DNA of 19,674 nucleotides, taken from a bacterium. Its GTDB lineage: Bacteria > Hydrothermota > 32-111. Location of the stretch: contig JBFXGO010000040.1 of NCBI GenBank assembly GCA_050239825.1, positions 1 through 19,674 of the forward strand, read 5' to 3'. This document shows, piece after piece, positions 7,980 through 17,041 of the stretch (positions are counted from its first letter, which is position 1; every line of letters starts with the position of its first letter). The notes under the pieces are model-generated. The model was not told where the DNA came from and ran no database searches. It was given only the letters and a program-made list of their open reading frames with translations. The position numbers and the translations under genes were made by a program.

Positions 7980-9152
7980 ATGGAAATTAAAAAAATCGGA
8001 ATTGCAGGGAGCGAAACAAAACAAGATGTACTTGTCAAAGTGGAGCCGGGCCAGAACGGCATTGAAATTAAAATCACTTCCACTCTCGGAATGCTCTATT
8101 ACACCCAGATAGCCTCATCCGTCGATGAAACAGTGAGCAGGTATGGAATTGCAAATGCTTTGATAACAGTCATAGACAGCGGAGCTCTGGACTATGTAAT
8201 CAGAGCGCGCACAGAATCTGCAATCCTGAGGGCATCGCAGGAAATAGAGAAAAAATTCTACGCTGACAAGAAGGATGCGGAGTATAAACTCAGAAGAAGC
8301 AGATTGTATCTTCCGGGGAATAATCCATATCTGATGCAGGGAATAACATACTATGGAGCTGACGGAACAATACTTGACTTGGAGGATTCTGTGCCTCTTG
8401 AAGAGAAAGATTCTTCAAGAATCCTGGTTGCATACGCATTGAAGAACATAGATTTCGGCAGGTCTGAAAAGATGGTGAGAATAAACTCTATTGATGTATG
8501 CGGAGCCGAGGACATTGAAGCTGTTCTTCCTCAGAAGCCTAATATCATTCTTGTTCCGAAGTGCGAGACAGAGTATGATGTTAAAAAGGTTGTTGAAATT
8601 TTGGAGAAAAATGAGAAGAGGTTCAATCTTTTAGGATATCAGGCAAAGATAATACCTATAATTGAATCTGCGAAAGGCGTCGAAAATGCCTATGAGATAG
8701 CCACAGTATCTGAGAGAACCGTTGCCCTGGCATTCGGAGCCGAAGATTATACAGTCTCTCTCGGGGTGAAGAAAACCGCTGGAGAGGAGGAGCTCTTATT
8801 CGCCAGACAATCAATTGTAAATGCCGCGAAGGCCGCAGGAATACAGGCTTCGGATACAGTTTATTCCAACATAGAGGACCTTGAAGGACTTAGAATAAGC
8901 ACGGAAAAATCAAAGGTTCTCGGTTTTGACGGAAGAGGGGTTATTCATCCCTCGCAGATAGAGATTGTTCATCAGGTATTCATACCCTCCGATAAAGAGA
9001 TTGAAGAGGCAAATGAGATAATCGATGTTTTCAACAAAGCAAAAAAAGAGGGCTCCGGAGTTTTGAAACACAAGGGCAAGATGATAGACATGCCTATAGT
9101 ATTGAGGGCTAAACGGATTCTTTCCGTCGCCAAAACAATAAATCAGGAGTAG
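7980..9152 (+). CDS. citE: Fusion of a citrate lyase ACP (CitD/gamma)-like domain with citryl-CoA lyase (CitE/beta, HpcH/HpaI aldolase family)
   Basis: Residues ~1-87 are CitD-like (IAG...DV.V.VEP...GIEIKITS...VIDSGALDYVIRARTESAILRA). Residues ~103-390 are CitE-like (RRSRLYLPGNNP, ILDLEDSV, MVRIN, VPKCE, IIESAKG, FGAEDY, GFDG..IHPSQ, GKMIDMP). AGGAGG RBS. Confidence 0.9.
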   Translation: MEIKKIGIAGSETKQDVLVKVEPGQNGIEIKITSTLGMLYYTQIASSVDETVSRYGIANALITVIDSGALDYVIRARTESAILRASQEIEKKFYADKKDAEYKLRRSRLYLPGNNPYLMQGITYYGADGTILDLEDSVPLEEKDSSRILVAYALKNIDFGRSEKMVRINSIDVCGAEDIEAVLPQKPNIILVPKCETEYDVKKVVEILEKNEKRFNLLGYQAKIIPIIESAKGVENAYEIATVSERTVALAFGAEDYTVSLGVKKTAGEEELLFARQSIVNAAKAAGIQASDTVYSNIEDLEGLRISTEKSKVLGFDGRGVIHPSQIEIVHQVFIPSDKEIEEANEIIDVFNKAKKEGSGVLKHKGKMIDMPIVLRAKRILSVAKTINQE

Positions 9153-9154
9153 AG

Positions 9155-10693
9155 ATGTTTTGCAAGAATAAAGTCAACAGAGAGATTCCGGACAAAATAG
9201 ACGGAAGAGAGCTTAAACCTTTTTCAGGCGCTTTCAGTGTGTCTCCGCAGGGGAAAAAATTTGCTTCAAAACTTTCCGTATCAAAACCTGCCGACGACAA
9301 GCTTTGCAAAAACCTGAGAGAGGCTCTCGAAAGGGCGCATGTCAGGGACGGCGCAACAATCTCCTTCCATCACCATCTGAGAGAGGGAGACGCAGTTGTG
9401 AATATGGTTATTGATGAAATAGCGCGGATGGGCATCAAGAATGTCACGGTCTTCCCGACAGCACTTTTTGCCGTGCATGAGAAACTTATAGAGCATATCA
9501 AATCAGGAGTCATATCGAAAATTGAAGGTTCACTGAACGGACCCATCGGAAGGTTCGTCTCTGCAGGAAATATGAAGAGTGTATGCGTTTTGAGAAGCCA
9601 CGGAGGAAGAGTCAGAGCGGTAGAATCCGGAGATATAAAAATAGATATAGCTGTAATAGCTTCTCCGACAGCCGATGAATACGGCAACTGCTCAGGTCTT
9701 ACAGGAAAATCAGCATGTGGTCCTCTGGCATACGCTGACATTGACTCACGGTATGCTGATAATGTCATTGTAATTACGGACAATCTCGTAAAATATCCTC
9801 TTGTCCCCCATTCAATTCCCTCCACAAGGGTTGACTCTGTAGTCAATGTGGAATCCATCGGAGACCCTTCGCTGATTGTCACCGGCACTATGAGGATAAC
9901 AAAATCCCCCACCCGCCTTCTTATTGCAAAATACTCTGTGGATTTTCTCGACATAATCGGTTATATCAAAAATGACCTCACATTCCAGACCGGAGCCGGA
10001 GGAATCTCTCTGGCAGTTACTAAGTTCATGGCGGATAGGATGAGGGAAAAGCAAGTCAAGGCAAAATTTATAAACGGCGGAATAACAAAATTCGCAGTCG
10101 ATATGCTTAAAGAGGGACTGACTGATTCTCTTATAGATGTCCAGTCCTTCGACCTTGAAGCAATAAAATCAATGAGCGAAGATAAGAGGCACTTTGAATG
10201 TTCAGTTGACGAATATGCAAATTACTTTTCAAAGGGATGCTTAGTAAACAAGCTTGATGTGGGCTTTCTCGGAGCCACTGAGGTTGACATCGACTTCAAT
10301 GTGAATGTGAATACTCACACAGACGGACTACTGCTTCACGGAATAGGCGGACATCAGGATGTGGCGGCGGGATGCGACATAACTATGATAACAATACCGG
10401 CTTTCAGAAACAGGCTTCCGATAATTCTTGATTCCGTCACCACCGTCACCACCCCGGGCGAGACTGTCGATGTTGTGGTGACTGAGATGGGAATCGCCAT
10501 AAATCCTCTGAGAAAAGATATTATCGAAAAAGCAAAGAGCATCAGATCAATTCCTATCATGGAAATAAACGAAATGAAGGATAAAATCGAAAAGATCACA
10601 GGAAAGCCCGACAGACCCAAGAGGAAGGAAAGAACGGTTGCTTTAATCGAATACAGGGATGGCACAATAATAGACACAGTAAGAGAGGTTTGA
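9155..10693 (+). CDS. citF: Citrate lyase alpha subunit / citrate CoA-transferase
   Basis: TISFHHHLREGD, LRSHGGRVRAVESG, GKSACGPL.YA, FQTGAGG, DVQSFD, LGATEVD.DFNVNV, GIGGHQD, TTPGETVDVVVTE, EYRDGTIID; directly after citD-citE. Confidence 0.95.
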   Translation: MFCKNKVNREIPDKIDGRELKPFSGAFSVSPQGKKFASKLSVSKPADDKLCKNLREALERAHVRDGATISFHHHLREGDAVVNMVIDEIARMGIKNVTVFPTALFAVHEKLIEHIKSGVISKIEGSLNGPIGRFVSAGNMKSVCVLRSHGGRVRAVESGDIKIDIAVIASPTADEYGNCSGLTGKSACGPLAYADIDSRYADNVIVITDNLVKYPLVPHSIPSTRVDSVVNVESIGDPSLIVTGTMRITKSPTRLLIAKYSVDFLDIIGYIKNDLTFQTGAGGISLAVTKFMADRMREKQVKAKFINGGITKFAVDMLKEGLTDSLIDVQSFDLEAIKSMSEDKRHFECSVDEYANYFSKGCLVNKLDVGFLGATEVDIDFNVNVNTHTDGLLLHGIGGHQDVAAGCDITMITIPAFRNRLPIILDSVTTVTTPGETVDVVVTEMGIAINPLRKDIIEKAKSIRSIPIMEINEMKDKIEKITGKPDRPKRKERTVALIEYRDGTIIDTVREV

Positions 10694-10694
10694 T

Positions 10695-11756
10695 ATGGCA
10701 AAAATTCTCGCTATAAACCCGGGAGCCACTTCAACAAAGGTTGGGCTCTACGAAAATGACAGAGAAATTTTCAACGAGGCTGTGCGTCACTATAAGGATG
10801 ACATACAGAAGTTTTCCAAAACAATTGACCAGCTTGACATGAGAGTCTCCCTGATAGAAAAATTCCTCAGTGATAAAAACATACCCCTTGATTCTATAGA
10901 TATTTTCGTAGCGAGAGGCGGACCTTTCAAGGCAATGAAGTCAGGCACCTATGCGGTAAATGCAAAAATGATCAATGATGTTAAAAACGAGAGGGTTCTC
11001 GCCGACCATGTGTCAAATCTCGCTTGCCTGATAGCCGATAAACTTGCAAGAAAAGGACAGCCCAAGTATATTGTAGACCCTGTATCTGTAGACGAGTTTG
11101 ACGATATAGCTAGGGTGTCCGGACTCAAAGAGCTTGAAAGAAAATCACTTTCACATGCATTGAATATGAAGATGGTCGCAAAGAGATGGGCAAAGGAGAA
11201 CAATGTGGATTATTTGAAATCATCCCTTATAGTAATCCATCTCGGAACCGGAATATCGGTTTCCGCTCATAAAGACGGAAGGATGATAGATGTCAACAAT
11301 GCCAATGATGAGGGCCCCTTTTCTCCTCAGAGATGCGGCACTTTGCCGGTTACACAACTTGCGAAATTAGCATCAAGCGGCAAATATGACTATAGCGCAT
11401 TAAAAAAGATGCTCACCTTTCAGGGCGGATTGTTCTCTTATATGGAGACAGACAGTGTTCCGGAAGTTATAAATCTGATGGAACAGGGTGACAGCAAGGC
11501 AAAACTGATACTTGAAGCCATGATGTATCAGGTTTCAAAAGAGACGGGAGCAATGGCGACAGTTCTCTATGGCAGAGTTCATGCGATTATTATCACAGGC
11601 GGCATCGCATATAACAGAGTGCTCACAGAGATGATTAAAAAGAGAACATCATTTATTGCCCCCGTATTCATTTACCCCGGCGAAGACGAAATTCTTGCCC
11701 TTGTCACCGGAGTGTTGAGAGTGATTAACAATGAAGAGAAGGAGCTTGAGTACTAA
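10695..11756 (+). CDS. buk: Butyrate (branched-chain carboxylate) kinase
   Basis: ILAINPGATSTKVG, ARGG, HVSNL, IVDPVSVDE, HALN, HLGTGISV, DVNNA..EGPFSPQRCG, IIITGGIA, YPGEDE. Confidence 0.95.
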   Translation: MAKILAINPGATSTKVGLYENDREIFNEAVRHYKDDIQKFSKTIDQLDMRVSLIEKFLSDKNIPLDSIDIFVARGGPFKAMKSGTYAVNAKMINDVKNERVLADHVSNLACLIADKLARKGQPKYIVDPVSVDEFDDIARVSGLKELERKSLSHALNMKMVAKRWAKENNVDYLKSSLIVIHLGTGISVSAHKDGRMIDVNNANDEGPFSPQRCGTLPVTQLAKLASSGKYDYSALKKMLTFQGGLFSYMETDSVPEVINLMEQGDSKAKLILEAMMYQVSKETGAMATVLYGRVHAIIITGGIAYNRVLTEMIKKRTSFIAPVFIYPGEDEILALVTGVLRVINNEEKELEY

Positions 11757-12814
11757 TGAAATTCAGATTTGGGTTTTTAATTATTCTGCTCTCTCTATCT
11801 ACGGCCGCTGAGCAGATACCCATTCCGCCTCTCTATCCGACTTCAACTCCATCTGCAAGGATAAAAGGCCTCGGCGGAGCAGGCACATCTCTGTATCCGG
11901 ATGCTTCGGCCCCCTATTGGAATCCTGCTATGCTCGGCGGGCTTGAAGCCGCGGCGATCACAATGACTTTTGCCGAAGAGGACAGCTCTTCCTTTGCCCG
12001 GATCATCGAAAGAGAGCCTTCGGTTCTCGGCAAGCATATTTCATTTTTCTCCCTTGTCACATATCAGGGAGGATTTACATATCATCCGCTCTATATGATT
12101 TCTTACAGGGACTCTTTCAGCGATTCCCTCGGATTTGAGAGGGATTTCGAACTCAAATTGGATGAATATGTTTTTACTGTGACGACATTCACGGGTTCAA
12201 ACGCAAAATATGACACCCCATTTCTTCTGGGATTCAATATAAAATACCTGAACGGCCGCTTTGCAGAAACCCGCATCTACAAGGATTCCGACACTTCCGA
12301 TGTCACTGACGGACATGCTGATATTGCATACGGAAACGGATATGGTTTGGATGCAGGCATCGCATTTGTTTTGCCGCGTTTCACAATGGGGCTTATGGCG
12401 CGTGACATTATCACTCATGTTTACTGGGGCGGTTATGATAGACAGATTATACCGATTTACGCATCATTCGGCATCTCCTTCAACCCTGCATCAACATTCA
12501 TACTGTGCGCGGATGTAAACAGAATATTCAAATCAGACCTGCCATTTTTTTACAGAGTTGGCGCAGAGTACACTTATACAAGAGAGATTTCGGATTCTTC
12601 ATTCCTGGCTAACCTTGCAGGAGGCTCGCCTTCTTTCAGAGTGGGAACTTCATTCAAGGAATTAGATCAGATCGGCTTCATGGATATCGCGCTGGGAGTG
12701 GGATACTCTTCAAATATGTTCAGAATAGACATAGGAACAGAAGGCAAATTTGAGAATTACCTCTATGGAGGTTTTACATACCAGTTGTCGTTAACTTTAC
12801 CATTTAATATGTAG
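11756..12814 (+). CDS. Outer-membrane beta-barrel protein, PorV/UPF0164/FadL-like
   Basis: Signal peptide; SARIKGLGGA...DASAPYWNPAML N-terminal hatch signature; amphipathic strands such as LGFNIKY, GYGLDAGI, FRVG, LGVGY; TAATG coupling to buk. Confidence 0.75.
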   Translation: MKFRFGFLIILLSLSTAAEQIPIPPLYPTSTPSARIKGLGGAGTSLYPDASAPYWNPAMLGGLEAAAITMTFAEEDSSSFARIIEREPSVLGKHISFFSLVTYQGGFTYHPLYMISYRDSFSDSLGFERDFELKLDEYVFTVTTFTGSNAKYDTPFLLGFNIKYLNGRFAETRIYKDSDTSDVTDGHADIAYGNGYGLDAGIAFVLPRFTMGLMARDIITHVYWGGYDRQIIPIYASFGISFNPASTFILCADVNRIFKSDLPFFYRVGAEYTYTREISDSSFLANLAGGSPSFRVGTSFKELDQIGFMDIALGVGYSSNMFRIDIGTEGKFENYLYGGFTYQLSLTLPFNM

Positions 12815-12823
12815 GAGGCCTAA

Positions 12824-13294
12824 ATGAACATCTCCGGATTTTTAAAGAAAGAGAATATAATTCTCAACATAAAGAGCAAGACAAAAGACAAGGCTCTTGA
12901 GGAAATTGTCAACCGAATCGACCTGCCCAAGGAGAAAAAGGAGCTGGTGCTTCTCTCTCTTAAGCAGAGAGAGGTTTTAGGAACGACTGGAATAGGAAGC
13001 GGAATAGCCATTCCCCATGCCCGCTCAGTGGTGCTGAATAAGCTCTGCCTATATGTGGGTCTCTCTGCGGCTGGAATCGAATACGACTCTATGGACGGAA
13101 AGACCGTACATATTCTGTTTCTTATAATCGCGCCTCCGCTTGATACATCAAATCAGTATCTGATTCTTCTCGGCAAAATAGCATCTCTTTCAAAGAAGCT
13201 GGTGAAAAAGAAGGATTATCTTAAAGTGAGCACAGAGGATGAGCTAATCTCTTTAATCAAAAAGTATGAATCGGATATGGAGGATGAACTATGA
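12824..13294 (+). CDS. ptsN: PTS IIA domain protein (fructose/nitrogen-regulatory PtsN-like)
   Basis: REVLGTTGIGSGIAIPHAR with the phospho-His; GIEYDSMDGKTVHILFLI; AGGAGG RBS. No IIB/IIC domains are adjacent. Confidence 0.85.
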   Translation: MNISGFLKKENIILNIKSKTKDKALEEIVNRIDLPKEKKELVLLSLKQREVLGTTGIGSGIAIPHARSVVLNKLCLYVGLSAAGIEYDSMDGKTVHILFLIIAPPLDTSNQYLILLGKIASLSKKLVKKKDYLKVSTEDELISLIKKYESDMEDEL

Positions 13295-13647
13295 ACAATC
13301 AACTTCAGATACTGATACAGCTTTCAGACCTTGATACTCAGCTTGAAGAGCTGAAGAATGACAGAATACGGAGCAAGGAGGAATCTCTCGGCTTTAAGGT
13401 TCATGCCAAAGAAACCGAGATAAAGAAATTCCGCGACACACTAAGAAATAAAATAGACAGAGACCTTCTGACCCAATACGACAGAATTATAAAAAGATAT
13501 AAAATAAGAGCAGTGGCGCAGGTCAATGACGGAGTGTGCTACGGCTGTTTCATGGCTCTACCCACAAGCTATGTTTCCGAGAGTGATAGAAACAATAAAA
13601 TAATCACCTGCCCAAACTGCGGAAGGATCCTTTTTTGGATAGAATAG
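13291..13647 (+). CDS. C4-type zinc-ribbon domain protein (DUF164/zf-RING_7-like), short form
   Basis: LIQLSDLDTQL coiled-coil start; LLTQYDRI, AVAQV.DGVCYGCFMALP, CPNCGRILF; ATGA overlap with the PTS IIA gene. Confidence 0.88.
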   Translation: MNNQLQILIQLSDLDTQLEELKNDRIRSKEESLGFKVHAKETEIKKFRDTLRNKIDRDLLTQYDRIIKRYKIRAVAQVNDGVCYGCFMALPTSYVSESDRNNKIITCPNCGRILFWIE

Positions 13648-14249
13648 TAGAAAAGACTCTTAAAAATCTTGAAAAGCATCATTTTGATGCGCATCTCTTT
13701 GCATCGGCGGAAGACGCAAAAAAAGATATTCTGAACCTCCTTGAAGAATATGATTCCTTCTCTTTCGGAGGGTCAATGACTCTCGCGGAGAGCGGATTGA
13801 AAGATTTCATAATAGCAAACGGAAAGAGGCATATAGAGAGGAGAACAGCAGGCACAGAGGATGAAAAAATAGAAAGCGAGAGGCAGTCATTGCTATCTGA
13901 CATCTACTTCTGCTCTGCCAACGCCATCTCTGCCGAAGGGGCTCTGATAAACATAGACAAGAGGGGCAACAGAATCGGAGCTATGGTCTTCGGGCCGAGA
14001 AAGGTTGTAATAGTAGCGGGGGTTAACAAACTTGCTGATACTACTGAAGATGCAATTATCAGGGCAAAGAATGTCGCCTCTGTCAGGAATTGCATGAGAT
14101 TCAATCTCGATACGCCGTGCGTCAAGGTTCAAAGGTGTGTTGACTGCGAGAATGAAAATAATATCTGCTATACTACTGTCATAATGAAAAGATCTTTCCC
14201 CCACAAAAGAATTTCCGTCTTTCTGATTGAAAAGGATTATGGATTCTAA
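13635..14249 (+). CDS. LUD-domain (lactate utilization protein-like, DUF1121-type) protein
   Basis: TTG start after GGAAGGA; FGGSMTL, SANAIS.EGALINIDKRGNR, FGPRKVVIVAGVNK, PC...CVDC...IC, C-terminal YGF. Confidence 0.88.
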   Translation: MDRIVEKTLKNLEKHHFDAHLFASAEDAKKDILNLLEEYDSFSFGGSMTLAESGLKDFIIANGKRHIERRTAGTEDEKIESERQSLLSDIYFCSANAISAEGALINIDKRGNRIGAMVFGPRKVVIVAGVNKLADTTEDAIIRAKNVASVRNCMRFNLDTPCVKVQRCVDCENENNICYTTVIMKRSFPHKRISVFLIEKDYGF

Positions 14250-15495
14250 GAGCGTTCCTCTTGCAGAGCAGCTTCGGCCGCAGGAGATTAAGGATTTCAT
14301 AGGACAGAGCCATCTTCTCGGGGAAGGAAAGATTCTTGACATCTTAATGAAGAAGAACTCCCCCGTATCTCTGCTCTTCTACGGCCCTCCCGGATGCGGA
14401 AAGACAACTCTTGCAAACATAATAGCAAAAAGGCTTTCAATCCCATTCCTTGTGATAAACGGAGTCTCATTTTCAACAACTCAGTTTAAAAAGATTGTTG
14501 AGGAGGCAAACAAGGAACCGCTCCTGATAATTATTGATGAAATCCACAGAATGAACAAGGCACAGCAGGATGCACTTCTTCCCTATGTAGAGAATGGGAG
14601 CATCTTCATAATAGGAACCACAACTGAAAATCCGTCCTATGAGGTCAATAAAGCTCTTCTCTCCCGTCTGACAGCCGCTGAGTTCGAAAGACTTTCAAGA
14701 GAGGAGATGGAAAAAGTCATCATCAACGGTTTTATGAAACTCAATGTCAAGTTAAAAAACAAATCTTTGATAGATTTTGTGGTTGATTTTTCAAATTACG
14801 ACGCCAGACAGGCTCTAAGCATTGTCAGCACAATAAAGGATGCCGCGGAGAATATAAACTCCTTAGAGGATTTTAAAAAAATAATAAATAGAAAGTTTGT
14901 TCCGCACGATAAGAATGGAGAGGAGCACTTCAACCTCATTTCCGCTTTCCATAAATCCGTGCGCGGAAGCGACGCGGATGCCTCTATCTATTACTTTGCC
15001 AGAATGATAGCAGGCGGAGAGGACCCTCTTTACATTGCCAGAAGAATGATACGGATTGCATCAGAGGACATAGGGAATGCAGACCCGCAGGCAATGGTGA
15101 TTGCTGTTTCGGCTTATGATGCATTTGAAAGACTTGGACCGCCAGAAGGCGAGCTCTCACTTTTGCAGTGCGCGATTTATCTGGCCCTTTCTCCGAAATC
15201 AACAGCTGTGTATAAAGCATTTCAGGATGCCGTAGAAGACGCAAGGAATACTGCCAACCTGCCGGTTCCTTTGAAATTCAGAAACGCCTCGACAGAATTT
15301 GACAAGGAGCGCGGCTATGGGAAAGATTATACATATCCTCCTGAAAAGAAAGAAAGCTACATTGACGAGAAATATTTCCCTGACAATATGAGCGAAAGAA
15401 AATACTATAAACCGGTTGAAAGGGGATTTGAAAGAGAGATGATAAAGAGAATTGATTATTACAGAAAACTCAGAGAGGAGTTGAAAAAAAGATGA
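14239..15495 (+). CDS. rarA: Replication-associated recombination protein A (MgsA/RarA AAA+ ATPase)
   Basis: PLAEQLRP, IGQSHL, GPPGCGKTT, IDEIHRMNKAQQDALLP, TTENPSY, ISAFHKSVRGSD, ASEDIGNADP. Start is ATG 14239, or TTG 14227 as an alternative. Confidence 0.95.
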   Translation: MDSKSVPLAEQLRPQEIKDFIGQSHLLGEGKILDILMKKNSPVSLLFYGPPGCGKTTLANIIAKRLSIPFLVINGVSFSTTQFKKIVEEANKEPLLIIIDEIHRMNKAQQDALLPYVENGSIFIIGTTTENPSYEVNKALLSRLTAAEFERLSREEMEKVIINGFMKLNVKLKNKSLIDFVVDFSNYDARQALSIVSTIKDAAENINSLEDFKKIINRKFVPHDKNGEEHFNLISAFHKSVRGSDADASIYYFARMIAGGEDPLYIARRMIRIASEDIGNADPQAMVIAVSAYDAFERLGPPEGELSLLQCAIYLALSPKSTAVYKAFQDAVEDARNTANLPVPLKFRNASTEFDKERGYGKDYTYPPEKKESYIDEKYFPDNMSERKYYKPVERGFEREMIKRIDYYRKLREELKKR

Positions 15496-16310
15496 GAAAA
15501 ATATTCACTTGTTTTGTAATTTTACTTTTAGCATTCACTGCATGCACAGAGAGAGAATCGACCAAAACAATTATCACATCTTCAATAGAGCCTATCTCAT
15601 TCATAGTAAAGTTTATTCTTTCGGGAAAGGGAGAGTCTATATCTCTCCTGGGTGAAAATCAGGATGCGCATTCATCGGAAATCAAGGCGCTGAGCATGAA
15701 AGCAATTGAGAAAAGCAGTGTAATAATACTACTCGGATCTAGAATCGAGTTTGAGGAAAAGAGCATTGGATGGATTACAGAGAATGCAAAGAATTCTCAT
15801 CTGGTATTCCTCTTTGACACGACTGCGCCGCGCAGCGACCCGCACGCATGGATTTCCTTGTCTAATCTCAAAATGATTTCGGACAGTATTTGCGGAATTC
15901 TTTCAGCCTATGATGAAACAAACAGAAGTTTTTACTCTGCCAATAGCGCAATATACAATTCAAGAGTTGATTCGATAGAACAGAGATTGAAAAAATCATT
16001 TGCAGAAAAAAATATAAAAAAAATCTTCACAGATCATACTGCTTTTTATTATTTTGCATCTGAGATGACAATCTCTCAGACTGAAATATTCGATGAGGGC
16101 AAAGAGCCCTCTCTATCGGATATGGCAGAGATAATCGATTCTTTGAAAGCCGACTCTTTCGGGCTCCTGTTCATCACATCAACAGGTTCAATGAAGTACG
16201 CCGAAGTGCTTGAAAAAGAAGCAAACGCAAAGATTTTTAAATTCAATCCTCTGGCTCCGGATATTGCCGGTGAATTCGAAAAACTCGCGATATTCCTTGA
16301 AAAAAAATGA
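15492..16310 (+). CDS. znuA: Zn/Mn ABC transporter substrate-binding lipoprotein
   Basis: Lipobox-like AFTA-C; DAHSSE, DPHAWIS and DHTAFYYFA metal-ligand His motifs; first gene of an ABC trio. Confidence 0.85.
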   Translation: MRKIFTCFVILLLAFTACTERESTKTIITSSIEPISFIVKFILSGKGESISLLGENQDAHSSEIKALSMKAIEKSSVIILLGSRIEFEEKSIGWITENAKNSHLVFLFDTTAPRSDPHAWISLSNLKMISDSICGILSAYDETNRSFYSANSAIYNSRVDSIEQRLKKSFAEKNIKKIFTDHTAFYYFASEMTISQTEIFDEGKEPSLSDMAEIIDSLKADSFGLLFITSTGSMKYAEVLEKEANAKIFKFNPLAPDIAGEFEKLAIFLEKK

Positions 16311-17041
16311 ATAGAGCCCTATCTGTCAGTAATTTGAATGTAACACTGAATGGAAAGAGAATTCTCGAAGATGTGAATTTTGAGGTGATGGATAATGAAA
16401 TAATTTCAATACTCGGACCAAACGGAAGCGGAAAGACAACACTTCTTAGGGCTATACTGGGTCTTGAAGCAATTGAATCAGGAAGCATACAATTTTTCGG
16501 AGGGAACATTAGTCAAAGCAGAAGAAAGATCGGTTATGTGCCTCAGTTTATCGACAGGGTCTTGGATTTTCCAATAACCGTTAGCGAAGCGGTTCTCTCC
16601 GGAAGATACTCTGCCCCATTCAGAAGATATTCAAAAGAAGATTATAAAATTACAAATGAGCACCTTAAAAGATTCTCTCTTTACGACATGAGAGAGAAGA
16701 GACTGCAACAGCTTTCCGGAGGAGAGGTGCAGAGAGTTATGATGGCAAGGGCCATTGTGGGAGAACCCAAGCTTCTGCTTCTCGACGAACCTACATCCTC
16801 AGTCGACAGCAAATCTCAGACCGGATTTTACGGACTTCTAAAAGAACTCAGAAAGAGTATGGCTATAATTCTTGTGACACATGACCTTGGAGCAGTTTCG
16901 ACAAACATAGAAAGAATAATCTGCCTAAACAAAAAAATAAACTATGACGGTCCGGCAGAGAATGGACTTTCACGGCTCAATGAAACATACAAAGGCAGTA
17001 TAAACATCATAAATCACAACCACCACAACGAAGATGTTTGA
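16307..17041 (+). CDS. znuC: Metal ABC transporter ATP-binding protein
   Basis: GPNGSGKTT, IGYVPQ, DFPITV, LSGGEVQR, LLLLDEPT, VTHD; His-rich C-terminal tail NHNHHN. Confidence 0.92.
   Translation: MNRALSVSNLNVTLNGKRILEDVNFEVMDNEIISILGPNGSGKTTLLRAILGLEAIESGSIQFFGGNISQSRRKIGYVPQFIDRVLDFPITVSEAVLSGRYSAPFRRYSKEDYKITNEHLKRFSLYDMREKRLQQLSGGEVQRVMMARAIVGEPKLLLLDEPTSSVDSKSQTGFYGLLKELRKSMAIILVTHDLGAVSTNIERIICLNKKINYDGPAENGLSRLNETYKGSINIINHNHHNEDV

Noticed and set aside
13635..14249. LUD protein as evidence for a lactate utilisation (lutABC) operon
   Set aside because: No LutA/LutB-like Fe-S genes are adjacent; stand-alone proteins of this type are common in anaerobes.
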